Shown piece after piece: positions 60,678-64,000 of a DNA stretch of 64,000 bases. The notes below the pieces were generated by a model, which saw only the letters and a program-made list of their open reading frames with translations, was not told the DNA's origin and did not search any database. This stretch comes from Spirochaetaceae bacterium (GTDB lineage: Bacteria; Spirochaetota; Spirochaetia; DSM-2461). Both the position numbers and the translations under genes were made by a program. Position 1 is the stretch's first letter. Every line of letters begins with the position of its first letter. The stretch spans positions 1,312,001 to 1,376,000 of the forward strand of contig OZ245056.1 of NCBI GenBank assembly GCA_965224705.1, written 5' to 3'.

Positions 60678-62993
60678 ATGCGGTCACGCTTACACTATGT
60701 TTTTTTTATTCTGGCATTGTATTCTACTCTGGTTATACTCATGGCAGCATTGGGAGCTGTAACTTTTTTTACAGGACCAGGAAAATTCCTGTTCAGCAGG
60801 TTCCATCTGGCGTCACTTTATATCCCCTCAATACTGTTTATTGGGGGTATATTGCTGAAGTCTGGGCGATTACCTGGAAAAACCATGGAAACTCTCTGGC
60901 TATCTCCGATTGTATTTCTTACATTAACCCTGGCACTCCAGATATCCTTTGGGAGAACAGAATTCCTTGTTGTTGAAATACTTACGAATGCTCCAGGAGC
61001 CATCCCGGCAGCCGTGTTTTTTTTCCTTCTGTTTTCTCTGGAAATCATTGGAATTGTCAAGTTGGCATCAATCAACCGTAATCCCGGGAATGTACTGCTT
61101 AATTTTGAGGAATTAAAGGCTAAATTCCATGCTTTCCTGGTTTTTCTTGGATTAGAGAACCCTGAGATCACATCGGATGAGTCTACCAGGATATTGAACC
61201 CAAACCATGGACATCAGTTATCGCCGCCAGTAACAGTATTTCCTGAAAAATCCAATTCCTCGGCCATCACAGCACTTCTTAGAAATGTATTCATTGCAGA
61301 TGCAGATGCAGATGCAAATGAAGAAACAATCAGTCCCTCTCCACAGGACAGCAATACGGAACCAGTAATTCCGCCAGTTATGCCCGGGGAAGAAGATCCG
61401 GCATTTGAATATCTTGTCGGCTCACTTGATGACGCACAGGAAGCTCCTGCTGATGGAGGATACAATGATGTTTCAGCGAAACTGGATCCTCATGGTACAG
61501 CACCAAAGGGGGTTGTCATCGAACCGCGCAATGAAGTCGATGTTTTTACAGGAAATCGCACTGAAAACCATACGAGGTACTTCGTTCCTGTTGAAGGATT
61601 ATTAGCCGAGTATCCCAATGCTGATTTCTCAGATATTGATGAACACATCCGTCATGGAGCTGAAATCCTGGAACAAACACTCAACGAATTCAAAATAGAA
61701 GCCAGAGTGACGGGTATCAGTGCGGGTCCTGTAATAACAATGTATGAATTACTGCCATCACCAGGAGTAAAGATAAGCAGCATTGTAAACCTCCAGGACA
61801 ATATCGCATTGAGACTCGCAGCCAGTCAGGTAAGAATTGTAGCACCAATACCGGGAAAACATGCCATCGGCATTGAAGTTCCGAACAAAAACCGTGCAAT
61901 TGTATCCTTCAGTGCTCTGGTGAAATCCAATGAGTTTCAAAAAGAGGACATAAGAATTCCGGTGGTTCTTGGTAAGGATATCAATGGTGGAAATCATGTT
62001 ATCGATTTGACCAGGACACCCCATCTTCTCATCGCCGGTGCAACCGGATCAGGTAAATCCGTTTGTGTGAATTCTCTTATCTGCTCCATCCTGTATTCCC
62101 GAAATCCCCAGGAAGTCAAAATGATCATGGTTGATCCCAAAATTGTAGAACTCAAACTTTACAATGACATTCCCCATCTCCTCACACAGGTTATCACGGA
62201 ACCAAAGAGGGCATTGCAATCGCTTCAATGGTGTCTTTACGAGATGGAACGCCGCTACTCCCTGCTGGATTCCCAGGGTGTCCGGGATGTAACATCCTTC
62301 AATAGAAGAGTTCACGATAGAAACCTGGCAACGGTACCCCTACCCTTCATTGTTGTTATCATAGATGAATTTGCGGATCTTATGGCCACAAGCGGAAAAG
62401 AGCTGGAGGGGATTGTTGCCAGGCTGGCTGCAATGAGCCGGGCTGTTGGTATTCATCTTGTACTGGCAACTCAGAGACCATCAGTTGATGTTATTACAGG
62501 TTTGATTAAAGCCAATTTTCCAAGCCGTATTGCTTTTATGGTGGCCGGTAAAACTGACAGCAGAATAATTATCGATACAATTGGTGCTGAAAAACTACTC
62601 GGCAGAGGAGATATGCTGTTCACATCCGCCTGGAATCCATTTCCATCACGAATACAGGGAGCCTTTCTGGCTGAAGAGGAAGTGGAACGTGTTGTTGCTC
62701 ACGTGAAAACTCTCGGAGAGCCCGATTACATTGATGAAGAAATGTTTTTTGATGATGATGAGAATGAGAGTTTTCAATCACAGGCAGAATACGGTGATGA
62801 CCCATTATACAATAAGGCTCTTGATATTGTAATGAGCACAAGGAAGACATCCGCATCCTGGTTACAACGGCAATTAAAAATTGGTTACAATCGAGCGGCC
62901 AGTCTTGTAGAAGAAATGGAGCGCCGCGGTATTCTGGGACCGCCAAGTGGTTCCAAACCCCGGGAAATCATTCATATTCCTGAATCAGCCTGA
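60678..62993 (+). CDS. ftsK: DNA translocase FtsK
   Basis: HLLIAGATGSGKS, IDEFADL, ATQRPS and gamma domain LQRQLKIGYNRAA. Confidence 0.96.
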   Translation: MRSRLHYVFFILALYSTLVILMAALGAVTFFTGPGKFLFSRFHLASLYIPSILFIGGILLKSGRLPGKTMETLWLSPIVFLTLTLALQISFGRTEFLVVEILTNAPGAIPAAVFFFLLFSLEIIGIVKLASINRNPGNVLLNFEELKAKFHAFLVFLGLENPEITSDESTRILNPNHGHQLSPPVTVFPEKSNSSAITALLRNVFIADADADANEETISPSPQDSNTEPVIPPVMPGEEDPAFEYLVGSLDDAQEAPADGGYNDVSAKLDPHGTAPKGVVIEPRNEVDVFTGNRTENHTRYFVPVEGLLAEYPNADFSDIDEHIRHGAEILEQTLNEFKIEARVTGISAGPVITMYELLPSPGVKISSIVNLQDNIALRLAASQVRIVAPIPGKHAIGIEVPNKNRAIVSFSALVKSNEFQKEDIRIPVVLGKDINGGNHVIDLTRTPHLLIAGATGSGKSVCVNSLICSILYSRNPQEVKMIMVDPKIVELKLYNDIPHLLTQVITEPKRALQSLQWCLYEMERRYSLLDSQGVRDVTSFNRRVHDRNLATVPLPFIVVIIDEFADLMATSGKELEGIVARLAAMSRAVGIHLVLATQRPSVDVITGLIKANFPSRIAFMVAGKTDSRIIIDTIGAEKLLGRGDMLFTSAWNPFPSRIQGAFLAEEEVERVVAHVKTLGEPDYIDEEMFFDDDENESFQSQAEYGDDPLYNKALDIVMSTRKTSASWLQRQLKIGYNRAASLVEEMERRGILGPPSGSKPREIIHIPESA

Positions 62994-62997
62994 GAAA

Positions 62998-64000
62998 TCA
63001 CTTCCGTTCGGAATTCTTCTCTTCATTGATTTGATCCAGTTTGCGCTGGTTTTCTTCGGCCTGTGCAGCTATATCTTTGGCAAAATCAGGATACCGCTGA
63101 AGAATCTTGTCGAAAGTATCCTTGGCCAGTACATAGATATCGCAGTAAGCCCTGGCTTTGACCGTTGCTGTACGGGGAGACCTCAGAAGTAAAGCCATTT
63201 CTCCAAAAAAACGACCGGAGGTTAATGTTGCGTAGACGATGCTGCACTCTTCATTCAAAACGTCAACTTCACCCCGGTTGATGAAATACATCTCATACCC
63301 CACCTCGCCATACCTGATGATTATATCATCTGGAGTGTAAATCACAGGTTTGAGATTCAAAACTATGTCGCGAATTAACTCACGGGAGGCATTTTTGAAC
63401 ATTGGTACCTTTTCAATGATATCTTGGTTTAGAAAAAAAGAGACCTGTGCTTTCAACGAGACAGGCAGATCACTCAATAGGTTCGATTCTTCATATCCTC
63501 GACGACTTTCCCAGAGGTAGTCGTAATAGCTTTTTATACGGGTCTGTAAATTGCCCGGGATACTTCTATGCTGGAGAAAGATTGAAACATTCTCAACTTT
63601 GTCACGGAACTGACTCTTTGCAATGTCTATGTTGGAAATAATATTAGCGATATTACCAATAATAAAACCATAGAGAGCTGCTCCTATAAGCATAACGATT
63701 ATAACATAGATGTATTGAACAGGATAAATCGGTGTAATATCACCATATCCTATTGTTGTCAGCGTTGTCACAGTCCAGTAGAAAGCTTCCAGATAGATGA
63801 TATCAGGGGAAGTGGAAGCAATTGAACTCTTTCCGGGACCTTCAATGAAAACCCAGCCGCATGTAATAAGATGAGCTGCGATAAGAATCCAGAATACCAG
63901 AAGTATCAGACGTATAAAGGCAGGTTTAATGAAACTGAGTTTGTGTGCTCTATTGAGTGTCTTCGTGATACTCACAAGTTTGAATAATCTGAGTAGTAGA
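62998..64000 (-). CDS. Cyclic nucleotide-gated K+ channel (SthK-like), 5' end outside the window
   Basis: Frame is open to the window edge (LLLRLFKL, S4-like); TTIGYGD filter; C-linker; CNBD FFGEMALL..PRTATV. Confidence 0.9.
   Translation of the reverse strand, partial: LLLRLFKLVSITKTLNRAHKLSFIKPAFIRLILLVFWILIAAHLITCGWVFIEGPGKSSIASTSPDIIYLEAFYWTVTTLTTIGYGDITPIYPVQYIYVIIVMLIGAALYGFIIGNIANIISNIDIAKSQFRDKVENVSIFLQHRSIPGNLQTRIKSYYDYLWESRRGYEESNLLSDLPVSLKAQVSFFLNQDIIEKVPMFKNASRELIRDIVLNLKPVIYTPDDIIIRYGEVGYEMYFINRGEVDVLNEECSIVYATLTSGRFFGEMALLLRSPRTATVKARAYCDIYVLAKDTFDKILQRYPDFAKDIAAQAEENQRKLDQINEEKNSERK

Noticed and set aside
61296..61319. GCAGAT hexamer repeat in ftsK
   Set aside because: Short in-frame low-complexity stretch in the variable linker.

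Overview
Chromosomal window from a bacterium whose gene set and protein style point to Spirochaetia (inference from the type-2 IleRS, HrpA, SthK-like channel and many lipoproteins). The backbone is housekeeping: pyrG, uvrC, ileS, hisH/hisF, metH, livHMGF, a three-gene pnt transhydrogenase, hrpA, murD, lgt, pepT, mnmE, rsmG, uppP and ftsK. Small mobile DNA is scattered through it. Family A MITEs (8 copies, GGAGYCTGTCGGACTT termini) have exchangeable structured cores. Family B elements (AGTGTCAG termini) form a deletion series of an IS1-like element. There is also one frameshifted IS30 element. A decaying accessory patch at about 7.3-11.7 kb holds a DUF4160/DUF2442 pair and an inactivated PLD nuclease. 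The most interesting candidates are: (1) a ribbon-helix-helix plus Cys/His metal-finger regulator coupled to a ZnuA-like gene, with a perfect 8-1-8 palindrome inside its promoter; (2) the modular, nested MITE system; (3) an apparent MITE-bounded composite carrying a FetAB-like transporter; (4) many leaderless-type promoters; and (5) a sigma54 activator with no HTH. No CRISPR array, rRNA or tRNA was seen. All calls come from reading the sequence; no searches were run.
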